64,000 nucleotides of DNA from contig NW_027361832.1 of the NCBI RefSeq assembly GCF_039654945.1, forward strand, positions 10,602,001 through 10,666,000. Reading direction: 5' to 3'. Of this stretch, positions 36,380 through 64,000 are shown piece after piece. Positions within the stretch are counted from its first letter, which is position 1, and every line of letters begins with the position of its first letter. The translations under genes were made by a program, and so were the position numbers. A model generated the notes under the pieces. It was not told where the DNA came from, made no database searches, and worked only from the letters and a program-made list of their open reading frames with translations. This stretch comes from Dendrobates tinctorius (taxonomy: Eukaryota).

Positions 36380-38990
36380 TTCGCTACCTCATATTCCACA
36401 TTACCTTCAACCAATACAGGGTCAGGAAGTACAACCATAGGAACTACTGGCTCATCATATCTCTTCAACAGCGACTTATGAAACACGTTATGGATCTTAA
36501 ACATAACAGGAAGAGACAATCGAAAAGAAACCGGATTAAGAATCTCCAAAATCTTGTAAGGTCCAATAAATCTTGGCTTGAACTTTGGAGAAGCCACCTT
36601 CATAGAGATATTCTTTGATGACAACAAAACCATATCCCCCACTTTAAACCGGGGACCATTGGTCCTATGCCGGTTAGAAAACCACTGGGCCTTTTCCTGG
36701 GAGAGAGACAACTTATCCACTACTTGGTCCCAAATCTGCTGCATTCTCTCAACCACAGTGTCAACACCTGGGCAGGCTGAAGATTCCATTTGCCCTGAAG
36801 AAAATCGAGAATGAAACCCAAAGTTACAGAAAAAGGGCGACATCAAGGTGGCAGAACTAGCTCTATTATTTAAAGAGAATTCGGCCAAGGGCAAAAATGA
36901 AACCCAATCATCCTGATCAGCAGATATAAAACATCTCAAATAGGACTCCAAAGTCTGGTGTTCTCTCCGTCTGCCCATTGGTCTGAGGGTGAAACGCAGA
37001 GGAGAAGGACAACTGAATTCCCAGCTTTGAACAAAAGGCTTTCCAGAATCTGGAAACAAACTGAACTCCTCTGTCCGATACAATGTTCTCAGGAATCCCA
37101 TGCAACCGAACCACCTGTTGTAAAAACAGGGGTACCAATTCTGAGGAAGATGGCAACTTTGGGAGTTGGTACAAGATGGACCATCTTAGAGAATCTATCA
37201 CAAATCACCCAGATAAGTCATTCTCTGAGAGACAGGAAGATCAGAAATAAAATCCATTGAAATATGGGTCCATGGCTTCTTAGGCACCGGCAAGGGCATC
37301 AACAACCCACTAGAGCAAGAACAGGGTTTAGACCGGGAACAAGTCCCACAGGACTGCACAAAATTCCTGACATCACGAGATAAAAAGGCCACCAAAAAGA
37401 CCGACTCACCAAATCTCTGGTACCAAAAATACCTGGATGACCAGCCAATGCGGAGCAATGAACTTCAGACATCACTCTCTTCCTCCACTGGTCAGGAACA
37501 TACAATTTTCCCATAGGACAACGCTCAGATTTGTCCTCCTGGAATTCTTCCAGAGCACGTCTCAAATCTGGCGAGAAGGCAGAAAGAACTACCCCCTCAC
37601 CTAGGATGGTAGTAGGCTTGGTCACAATAGGAGAATCAGCAAAGAAACTCCTAGAAACGGCGACTGCCTTAAAATTCTTAATGCCTGGAAGAAAGGAGAC
37701 CACAAAATCAAAACGCGTAAAAAACAAGGCCCACCTAGCCTGTCTAGGATTCAAGCGTTTGGCCGACTCAAGGTAAATCAAATTCTTGTGGTCAGTGAGG
37801 ACCACAACTTGATGTCTAGCTCCCTCCAACCAATGTCTCCACTCCTCAAATGCCCATTTCATGGCTAACAATTCCCGATTCCCCACATCATAGTTGCCTT
37901 CAGATGGGGAGAAATTTTGGGAAAAGAAGGCACAGGGATTCATTTTAGACGTCATCGGATCTTTTTGGGACAAAACAGCTCCTGCACCAATCTCTGAAGC
38001 GTCTACCTCCACCTGAAAAGGAAGTGAGACATCAGGTTACCGCAAAACCGGAGCAGAAGTGAACCTCCGCTTCAGCTCCTGAAAGGCCGAAACAGCCTCA
38101 GAAGACCAATTCAGCACATCAGCACCCTTCTTAGTTAAATCAGTCAGTGGTTTAGCAATACCAGAAAAATTAGCTATAAATTTACGATAAAAATTAGCAA
38201 AACCCAAAAACTTCTGGAGAGCCTTCAAAGAAGTGGGCTGAACCCAATCATAAATGGCCTGTACCTTGGCCGGGTCCATTTCAATAATTGACGGAGACAA
38301 AATAAATCCCAAAAATGAAATCCTCTGTACACCAAAAAGGCACTTCGATCCCTTAACATACAAGGAATTCTCCCTCAAAATCCGGAACACAGTCCGAACA
38401 TGTTCCACATGAGAATCCCAATCCCTGGAAAAGATCAAAATTTCATCCAGATAGATGATCAAAAACTTATCCACAAAGTCCGGGAAAATATCATTCATGA
38501 AGGATTGGAAGACAGAAGGGGCATTAGTGAGCCCAAAAGGCATCACCAGGTACTCAAAATGTCCCTCCGGAGTATTAAACACCGTCTTCCATTTATCCCC
38601 ATGCTTGATGCGAATAAGGTTATACGCGCCCCTGAGGTCAAGCTTAGTAAACCAGCAAGCACCTTTAACTCTGAAGAATAAATCAGAAATCAGGGGTAAC
38701 GGATACTGAAATTTAACCGTAATTTTGTTGAGGGAACGATAGTCAATACAAGGCCTTAATGAACCATCTTTCTTGGACACGAAAAAAACCCCAGCACCTA
38801 AGGGCGAAGAGGATGGTCTAATATGACCCTTCTCCAACGACTCCTTAATATGAGATCGCATAGCCTCGTGTTCGGGTACAGATAAATTGAAAAGTCGACC
38901 CTTGGGAAATTTACACCCAGGTCTCAACTCAATTGCACAGTCATAACTCCTATGAGGAGGCAAAGACACAGTCTTGCTCTCACTAAATGT
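36380..38990 (-). pseudogene. Gypsy pol (RT, RNase H, integrase), frameshifted, with catalytic YLDD mutated to YLDE
   Basis: Track ORFs 38037-38969 (CIDYRSLN, LDLRGAY, MPFGL), 37299-38012 (VDAS.IGAGAVL, RELLA, TDHKNL) and 36367-37458 ([22 protein letters not shown]). Confidence 0.92.
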
Positions 38991-39012
38991 ATCATAAATG
39001 ATCAGAGTAACT

Positions 39013-39691
39013 AACTAAATAAGCCTAAAGAAAGAAAGGGAAAATCTAAACTGCCCAAGAGCAGACCCCAAAGCAATAGACAGCCCCCAACATGTATTGT
39101 CGGTGAAACAAGATGAAAACACACACACAGATAGAAAGATAGGCTGAGCAAACGATGGGGCCCTTGCTAACTAGAAAGGACAGGAAAGAAAAGCTGCTGT
39201 CTGCAATCACGCAAAAAACCCTGCCAAAAAAAATGTCCAACACGTCTGATAGAAAAAGGCCCTGAAGTCGCTAGACTTCAAATTGCTATATCAGCACTCA
39301 GGTATATTCTGAAGACAGAGCAAAAGAGATCAACTGATCAGAGACAAAAAGGGGATTCAGCCCAGTCCCAGCCAGGGCTGGCTGTACACAAAAACTAAGT
39401 AAACCAGACAAAAACTCATATGAACAATAGCAGAGAAAACTTAGCTTTAGGAAGGCAGGAACCAAACTGAAAACCAGGAGCCACAGTCAGGAAAAATCAC
39501 CAGCAAGAAACTAGGGAGTTGGCTGCCTTAAATCCAATCAGAAAAAACAAAGATGAAAGCGCACATAGATCAGCTTCATTACCTCCCTTCACCAACAGAG
39601 GGAGTTCAGATAGAGAACTCACTACTCCTCTGTCAGCACAGCCAGCTCCATGACCCTCGCCAGAAGCAAACCCGAAAATGAGCTCACAACA
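39013..39691 (-). repeat. 5' LTR of the Gypsy element, truncated at its inner end
   Basis: Matches 30053-30749 with a few indels. Lacks ~170 bp plus the PBS. Confidence 0.88.
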
Positions 39692-40320
39692 GGGGTGCAT
39701 TAAAAGAGGTCTGGATACACATGATGAGAGCATTATACTGCCTCTGTACAAATCTCTGGTTAGACCGTACATGGAGTACTGTGTACAGTTTTGGGCACCG
39801 GTGCTCAGGAAGGATATAATGGAACTAGAGCAGGTACAAAGGAGGGCAACAAAATTAATAAAGGATGGGGCAACTACAATACCCAGAGATATTAGCAAAA
39901 TTAGGATTATTTAGTCTAGAAAAAAAGATGACTGAGGGGCGATCTAATAACCATGTATAAGTATAAAAGGGGAAAATACAAATATCGCTCCGAGGATCTG
40001 TTTATACCAAGGAAGGTGACGGTCACAAGGGGGCATTCTCTGCGTCTGGAGGAGAGAAGGTTTTTCCACCAACATAGAAGAGGATTCTTTACTGATAGGG
40101 CAGTGAGAATATGGAATTCCTTGCCTGAGGAGGTGGTGATTGCAAACTCAGTGGAGGGGTTTAAGGGAGGCCTGGATGTCTTCCTGGAGTTTACAATATT
40201 GTATCTTACAGTGATTAGGTTCTTTAGAAGAACATAGAGCTGTGGATTTATTCTGATGGAATATAGGCTTAACTGGATGGGCAAATATCTTTTTTCGGCC
40301 TTGCTAACTATGTTACTATG
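39692..40320 (+). mobile_element. CR1 LINE 3' part: ORF2 C-terminus and 3' UTR
   Basis: GCIKRG..LPLYKSLVRPYMEYCVQFWAP..LEQVQRRATK and TRGHSLRL..FFTDRAVRIWNSLPEEVV, ending ctatgttactatg. Continues 29885 seamlessly. Confidence 0.93.
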
Positions 40321-40807
40321 ATCCCAAGCACACCGCCAGGGCAACGAAGGAGTGGCTTTGTAAGAAGCATATGAAGGTCTAGCCAGACCCAGATCTCAAC
40401 CCCATAGAAAACCTTTGGAGGGATTTGAAAGTCTGTGTTGCCCAGCGACAGGCCCAAAACATCACTGCTCTAGAGGAGATCTGCATGGAGAAATGGGCCA
40501 ACATACCACCAACAGTGTGTGCCAACCTTGTGAAGACTTACAGAAAACATTTGACCTCTGTCATTGCAAACAAAGGATATATAACAAAATATTGAGATGA
40601 ACGTTTGTTAATGACCAAATACTTATTTTCCACCATAATTTGCAAAATAAACCTTGCCAAATCAGACAAGGTGATTCTCTGGATGTTTTCTCATTTTGAC
40701 TCTCATAGATGTGGTCTACCTATGACGTCAATTACAGGCCTCTCTCATCTTTTTAAGTGGGAGAACTTGCACAATTGGTGGCCGACTAAATATTTTTTTC
40801 TCCACTG
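40321..40807 (+). mobile_element. Tc1 3' fragment: transposase end plus right TIR
   Basis: DPKHTA..KEWL and [10 protein letters not shown] motifs. Ends ...ctccactg|TA. Confidence 0.75.
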
Positions 40808-40829
40808 TATACCGCTATTCTCAGATACT

Positions 40830-42180
40830 GCTGGTCTCTGATTGATGGGGACATGGTAGTATGCGTCCTTCAAATCTAAGACACTCATAGCAGCCTGGGA
40901 ACAAGATATTTATTGCCAATTTTATTGGCTCCATCTTGAACTGTCTGTAGACCTTCAGAAACTTGTTGAGACTTTGCAAGTTGATAATAGTCCTGAAGGA
41001 CTGGCCATGTTTCCTTATCAGAAACCGGGGGAATAATATCCCTTCCCCTGCTGCTGAACTGGCCTAACACTTCGGCTTCTAGGGCCTGTTGCTCTTTCAG
41101 AACCCTGGGGGATGAGATTTTGAAGCTGTGCCTGGGAGTGGACCTGAACTCCAGTTTTAGTCCTGTTTTTATTATATTCAGGATCCAGGTATTGGCCGAG
41201 ATTTCTTCCCAGGCAGGTTGGAAGTGGGACAACCTTCCTCCTACCTGGGGAAACCTGTCACTTAGAAGGTTTTCAGCTCTCTGCCGAGGGCCCCCCAAAC
41301 ATGAAACCTGTTTCTTGATTTCTTCTTCCAATTGCCTTGTTGCCTAAGGGGTTTGTTCCTGTTATACTTCCTCCTACAAAAGGAACTCTTGTATTAAGGA
41401 AGAGACACATTAGCTTTCCCAATCTTATTCGCCGATTTATTTAGAATATCATCCAGAACCTGGCTGAAAAGATATTTCCCTTCACATGGGACTAAACATA
41501 GTCTGGCCTAGGACTGAGCATCCCCTGGCCAGCTTTTCAGCCACAGAGCCCTGCAGGCCGCATTTGATAGATTTGCTGACCTAGCTGCCTACCTGATGGA
41601 ATCTCCCATGACATCAGCCAGGAAGGTAGCTGCTCCTTGCATCAGTGTAAGGTCTGCCAAGATCTTCTCCCAAGGGGTGTTGTTCTTAAGTTGGTCCTCA
41701 AGCTGCTGTAGCCACACCATCATAGGCGTGGCAGTGCAGGTTGCCACTATTGTCGGTTTTAACAACCCTGCTGATGACTCCCATGTGTTTCAGAAAAACC
41801 TCTGCCTTCTTGTCCATGAGGTCCTTAAGAGTCCCTAGGTCTTCAAAGGGCAATGTAGATTTATTTACTAACTTTGCTACCGCCACATCAATTTTAGGAG
41901 TTTTCTCCCATATACTCTTTCAGGTTCCCACAAGGACAGGAAACCAAACTGATGCGAAGGAGAGGTACTGCCTTTTTATTCAGTAGGTTTCCTGTCCTTG
42001 ATGGGCAGATACCCTCTCTCAGGTGGTGCCGTCATCGGAGAAGGGGAAAATCTGAACTTTTTTTTCCACGGTGACGGGTACAAGCCTTTAGGGGTTATGC
42101 AGCAGTGATAGGAAGACACTGGCTCTATAACACAGCCAGCGCCTGAGCCTACTCCATTAAACCAAACTTGCACCATGATG
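40830..42180 (-). mobile_element. Second, degenerate DIRS fragment: gag C-terminus and RT N-terminus
   Basis: VAKLVNKSTLPFEDLGTLKDLMDKKAE and VGGRLSHFQPAWEEISANTWILNIIKTGLKLEF are homologous to the ORFs of the 30945-36379 element. Confidence 0.75.
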
Positions 42181-43296
42181 GATATGTATTCGTCATAGAA
42201 TATGAAGATGCTAAAATCTGCAACTTGTCAATTTATGTTGCGGATTTCACAATTTATGGCGTATTTAATTTCCCAAGGCATGGCTTTTAAGTTCTCTCAC
42301 TCTAACATGCCAGGCTTGTCACTCTCCACAAGGAGAAATGTTACCCCCTTAAAGCTCAAAGGACAAAAACAAATGTCTGCAGATCTCTAAACAGCAATAA
42401 ATAATGCACAGTAACATTATAACCTTCTAATATAGAAACAGACATCTTCTGAGTGATTGTATAAAATATTTTAATTTTATTTTCCAATACATATTCACAA
42501 AAAATAAAAACAAACCACAGAACATACATTAAATCCATAGATATTACGGCTGGGCTCTGTGCGGCTCGCCAATATTAACACTTATAACAATACACCTTGG
42601 AAATAGAATTGAGGATTACAAAGCAAGGTGTTGTCTTATTATAGAGATATAAAAGCGTAGTAAGTGTGTACAGTAAATCTTACAAAACACTGTTCTGTTC
42701 AATATGTCCTCATGGACTATACAAGTGCAATGGCTGGATGAAAGAGTCATTAGTGAGTGAAGGTTAAAGGACTGTAGGCATCCCACGTCTGAGATTATGG
42801 AGATTAGCGTTCAGTCCGCTCACAGCCACAATCCTCGGGTCAGTGGCCCTTCTTACCATGTAGAAAATGTGACCCAATACTGGCCCTACAGCCGGGAACA
42901 TTCACTAGTCATGACTTGGCTCTTGATAGAATTTTCTTTCTTACAGGAAACCGTTTCCAACGGAGGGATGACTGGATTCTCTGTCACTTCCTCAGCATAT
43001 CCTCAGCATAAGTAGATCACTAAATGTTAATTCCGGATGTGCCGACATGTAATTGTTAAAGGTTTTTTCCATGGTCTTATGTCTAGGATACGTATACCTT
43101 TATGATCGGTGGTTGGCCGACATCCAGTAGAATGCACAATTTAATTCCATTTACTAAAATAGGCTCTGTACTTTTTGCCAGTGCAAAAAGTTACAATATT
43201 GTGCAGAAAACAGTCAGACCGGCTACATAGATGAGCGAGCGTTAGCAGAATCGGCAGTGCCTGCTAACGGTTTCTGATGCCTCTTAAGATTGTAAA

Positions 43297-43335
<39 letters not shown>

Positions 43336-46153
43336 AACAAGTCCCTTTGCATTGGTCCGGAGCCCTTAAAAAGGGACCTGGCAGCAAAAAAAAAAAAAAA
43401 ATTTATTTATGGTATTCATTTTTATTCCCTGATATGTTCTCATCTGTGGGGGGGGTGACAGGTTCCCTTTAAAAGAATTTACCACTCTATGTGGATCTCA
43501 TCTCAGAATTTTTCCTTTTGGCAACAATTAGAAATTCATAATGAGAATACTCAGTTGCACAGTCTGTTCCTACTTACACGGTGACACTTACTGAACGGTT
43601 GAGGTAATAGATTTAAGGCACAAGAGGACACCTGACTAAGCAGATAAGTCATACCGAGGTTTGATGGAGGTCACCGATTTATCATATGGTGGAATTCTTT
43701 TTTTAGTTAGGCCTGTGACTAGCAGCTACCTTGATAAATCAGTGCACAGTCCTATGCAAATAATGGGTTAAAGGTTTTTTTTTTAGGCTGGGGCTACATG
43801 GCGACTGCGACACGTCATGTGGCCAAACTTTGCTCCGCAATATAAGTCGCATTGTGATTAGTGATGATTGCAAGTGCTCGTTACTCCAGTTTGCCTAGGG
43901 TGCTTGGGTGTGCACCGATCATCATGGGTGCTCGAGTACCCGTGGTTGCATGTTTCACGACACGTAGCCACAAAACATGCAGGGGTTGCCTGACATACAC
44001 TGGCAATCTCCACATGTTGTGTCCAACCTACAGCCGTAGGGACTCAAACATGTCACTCGAGCACCCGTGATGCTCGGTGCAAACCTGAGTAACGAGCACT
44101 GGCGCTCATCACTAGTTTTAATCCCAAAAGTGCTCCAAATGCAGCCAGCAAGTCGCTGTAAATACAACAGGCTTATCGCAGTCCCCACGGGGGTCGCAAT
44201 GTGACCCCTTCACTTGAGTAGCTATGAAGCAGTGACACGCAGAAAACGTTGCCTGTGTGATGGGATGCGGCTAAAGTCGCCGTGCAGCCCCTGCCTTATG
44301 CAGATAATTATAGAGAACTTCTAGTCTGAAGCAATCCAGCTTAAATCAATAGTCAAACGTTCAGACGTCCGTGGGTCATGCATGTGGTCTGTATGGGGCT
44401 AGATCATGTACCCATTATAGTCTATGGGGCTGTTCACATGTCCGTGTTTTACAGACCAAACAGCTCACAAAAAGTAACGGAGACACGTCTGCTCCGTCTG
44501 TTTTATCCGAATATTGGTTCAAAAATTACCCATACAAGTCAGAGTCTGTGAAAATCACAGACTGCACACGGATGACATCCACATACTGACTGTGATTAGT
44601 AAAGGAAAAGCTTTGTATTCCCCCCCCTCGCCATCAGTGAATACTAACCAAACACTGATGAAACTCATTGCTAAAAAACTGATGACCATGTTTTTAAGTA
44701 CGAGAAAAATCACAAAGGGCTGATTGAGGCCTCACTTGGTGGAAACTGATGGAGATGAAAAACCCCTTGAAGCATCTTTGTAATATATTTTGGACCACAT
44801 TTTTAAAGATCTCGGCTGGTTCTGAGTGCATCGAAACGCGGTTATAGCTCACAAACGTGGGAGCAAGTCCAGCAGCTGTGTGACCAGGACTGGGTTAGTA
44901 GTGGTTGTCCATCTCTTAGGATATGGTCACATCATGTGGAGGCACCTATTTAACATATATTCTGAGACCTACGCATCAAATAGAAGCCATTAAATGGCGC
45001 TAATAAACATAGGATCCAACTGTAAAAAAAGTTATACATATAGCATAATATTCAATAGAACAGACCAAAAAAAATAAAGTCTGTTGCGTGATGCTTGACC
45101 ATGCCCTCTCCAACTAACCCTTGTCCACTTTTTTAGGAAAGAGCTGAAGGCAGAAGGAAAAATATTTGCAACATTTGTACTCCAGAAAAGCACAGGCATT
45201 AAAGGGGTTATCTGGGACTATTTAATCTTAATTCTTATGGGAATAAGAACTAACAGGCAAATAGTTGCTAATTGGCTGCCTGTTCTGCACAGAGATGATC
45301 ACTGCCGACTCACAGACCACTCCTGCCAGCGATACTGCTGCTTGTCACCTAGACAGAGACGTTGCTTCTCTTCTGCTCTGTTGATGGGACGTGACGGCCA
45401 GTGTCATGCTGACTGACAGCAGACTCCCCGCTGCTTAAATGAGGGATGCCGGCAGTCAATTAGCATGACGTCAGCAGTCATGTCCTGTCGACAGCAGTCC
45501 AGAAGAGCTGCCCTGTTATCGTGAGGCAGCAGAATTGCTGGCAAAAGAGATTTGTGATTGCTCCGAGCTGGCACCAGGCAGCACAGTCAGGTAGTTAGCA
45601 ATTACCTGCCTGTCAGTTCTTTAATAAATTCGCCAGCAAGCAGAGATCTTCAAAACTGTTCGGGATTAAATCACAAAGTACATTAGAAAGTTGCATGCAT
45701 ACTGGACATTCGAGATAAGAAAATAGATTAGCAGGACCCTGGACCAGCGGTCATATTGATAGTGCTGTACCAGAGCATTGTGTCCGGCCTCCTACCTGCC
45801 CGAATCCCTTGCACCTCTTCTGAAAAGTAGGCCTGGTGTGACATCATGTATGAAAGCTGTACAAAGTTTGTGTAAAAAAATTAATAAAAAAATATATATA
45901 TTTTATTACACAAATCTCGCACAGCTTTTTTAGATAAGGGAACCACACATTTAAATATAAGGCAGTATTTGACAAATCCCCTGAGCATCCAATCACAATT
46001 CCATAAGTAAAACGCCCAGAAGACATCAGTGCCGACGATGGAATTTATCCAAAAATCAAATCACATCTCGATAGGTTGCTCTTCTATCTATAGATGATGC
46101 CGTACTCTGGAAAGGCTCGTGTTCCCCAAGAGATCAATGCAGAATGTGAGAAG

Positions 46154-62691
<16,538 letters not shown>

Positions 62692-63150
62692 GATGACGAT
62701 GATGCAGGCGCGTCCTCCAGGATGGCAGCTCTAGCTCCGCCTTTACTCCTCTCGGTCACCAGGGGGCGCCGTCGTCATGGTTTCTGCTTGACGCTTCCAG
62801 AGGTACACGATCACGTGACGGAGACGCAGTCCGCGCGCTGTCGCTGGCTGAGGGGCGTGGCGAGCGCTGAGTGACGTGCGCAGCTGCCTGTCCTTATCGC
62901 TGAGATGCCAACAGGGGGCGCTCCCGGCAGGCCGTGCACTGCACAGTACTCGGGGCTGCGGCCCCTTCTTGTGAGGCTGCGCTCAGTGCGCTGACAACCT
63001 GCAGATTATGGCGCTGCAGATGTGGCCGGGTTGTCAGTGCTGTGATCCCCAGGGAGGCGCCGCACAGCTACAACCGACACAACTCCCCACAGCTCCTGTT
63101 ATAGCAACGGCCGCAGGAGTCTGCACGCGTGACCGCAGCCGCCCAACGAC
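62692..63150 (-). promoter_or_regulatory. CIBAR1 5' UTR and CpG-island promoter
   Basis: CpG-rich. E-box TCACGTGA (~62811), GC/KLF box GGGGCGTGG, TGACGT half-CRE and CTCF-like motifs. Confidence 0.65.
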
Positions 63151-63160
63151 TGATGCTGTG

Positions 63161-64000
63161 CCTGCACCTAGCACCCTGCATCCTGCACCCTGTATCCGGC
63201 ATCCTGCACCCGGTACCTAGCATCCTGCATCCTGCACCCGGCACCCTGCACCCGTCATCCTGCGCCCGGCACCTAGCATCCGGCACCTAGCACCCTGCAC
63301 CCGGCATCCTGCGCCCGGCACCCAGCATCCTGCACCCGGCACCTAGCATCCGGCACCTAGCACCCTGCACCTATCACCCTGCATCCTGCGCCCGGCACCT
63401 AGCATCCTGCATCCGGCACCTAGCATCCTGCACCCGGCACCTAGCATCCGGCATCCGGCACCCTGCACCCTTCATCCTGCGCCCGGCACCTAGCATCCTG
63501 CACCCGGCACCTAGCACCCTGCACCCGGCACCTAGCACCCTGCACCCGGCACCTAGCATCCTGCACCCGGCACCTAGCATCCTGCACCCGGCACCTAGCA
63601 TCCTGCACCCGGCACCTAGCATCCGGCATCCGGCACCTAGCATCCTGCACCCGGCACCTAGCACCCTGCACCTAGCACCCTGCACCCGGCATCCTGCGCC
63701 CGGCACCTAGCATCCTGCATCCGGCACCTAGCATCCTGCATCCGGCACCTAGCATCCTGCATCCGGCACCTAGCATCCTGCACCCGACACCCTGCATCCT
63801 GCACATAGCACCCTGCACCTAGCATCCTGCACCCTGTATCCGGCACCTAGCATCCTGCGCCCGGCACCTAGCACCCTGTATCCTGCACCCGGCATCCTGC
63901 GCCTGGCACCTAGCACCCTGCATCCTGCACCCGACACCTAGCACCCTGCATCCTGCACTCGGCACCCTGCATCCTGCACATAGCACCCTGCACCTAGCAT
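63161..64000. repeat. 7-bp-unit tandem repeat (cctgcac/ccggcac/ctagcat variants), running off the window
   Basis: Directly visible, with 21-bp higher-order periodicity. Confidence 0.95.

Larger units (their letters stand above)
29886..39691 (-). mobile_element. Chromodomain-bearing Gypsy (sushi-like chromovirus) LTR retrotransposon, gag/protease deleted, interrupted by a DIRS element
   Basis: TG...CA termini and GGGGTG duplicated on both flanks. 3' LTR 29886-30749 with adjacent polypurine tract (30750-30770). Partial 5' LTR ~39013-39691. RT, RNase H, integrase and chromodomain ORF pieces. Confidence 0.93.

Noticed and set aside
63068-63846. Repetitive GAGCRML / DARCRVQ ORFs
   Set aside because: Translations of the 7-bp satellite.

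Overview
Vertebrate nuclear DNA, almost certainly an anuran (frog) assembly: the CIBAR1 N-terminus MSQTPEARARDNQT is Xenopus-like and the MITE/Tc1/DIRS repertoire fits. It is not prokaryotic, so most short ORFs in the track are noise. Three host genes are on the minus strand. (1) A complete 9-exon CIBAR1/FAM92A (62691->46154), reconstructed by hand at 870 nt / 289 aa. It needs a 6-nt microexon (Ser-Gln) fed by a U12-type intron. (2-3) Two tandem, strongly diverged, single-coding-exon RBM12B-like paralogues (440 aa and 570 aa) with different domain remodelling: one has an RSP-heptad array in place of RRM2, an acidic repeat tail, and an apparent decayed RRM5 in its 3' UTR. Between the genes lies a three-level nest: a CR1 LINE, containing a chromodomain Gypsy LTR element, containing a full-structure DIRS1-type tyrosine-recombinase retrotransposon. 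The DIRS has identical ITRs, an ICR, a T-tract integration site and apparent spliceosomal introns around its gag start. Also present are several Tc1 elements, hAT, piggyBac-like, Harbinger-like and Kolobok-like MITEs, two Penelope-like foldback remnants with hammerhead-like motifs, G/C-skewed minisatellites next to promoters and one N gap. All homology calls come from recalled family motifs, not database searches.
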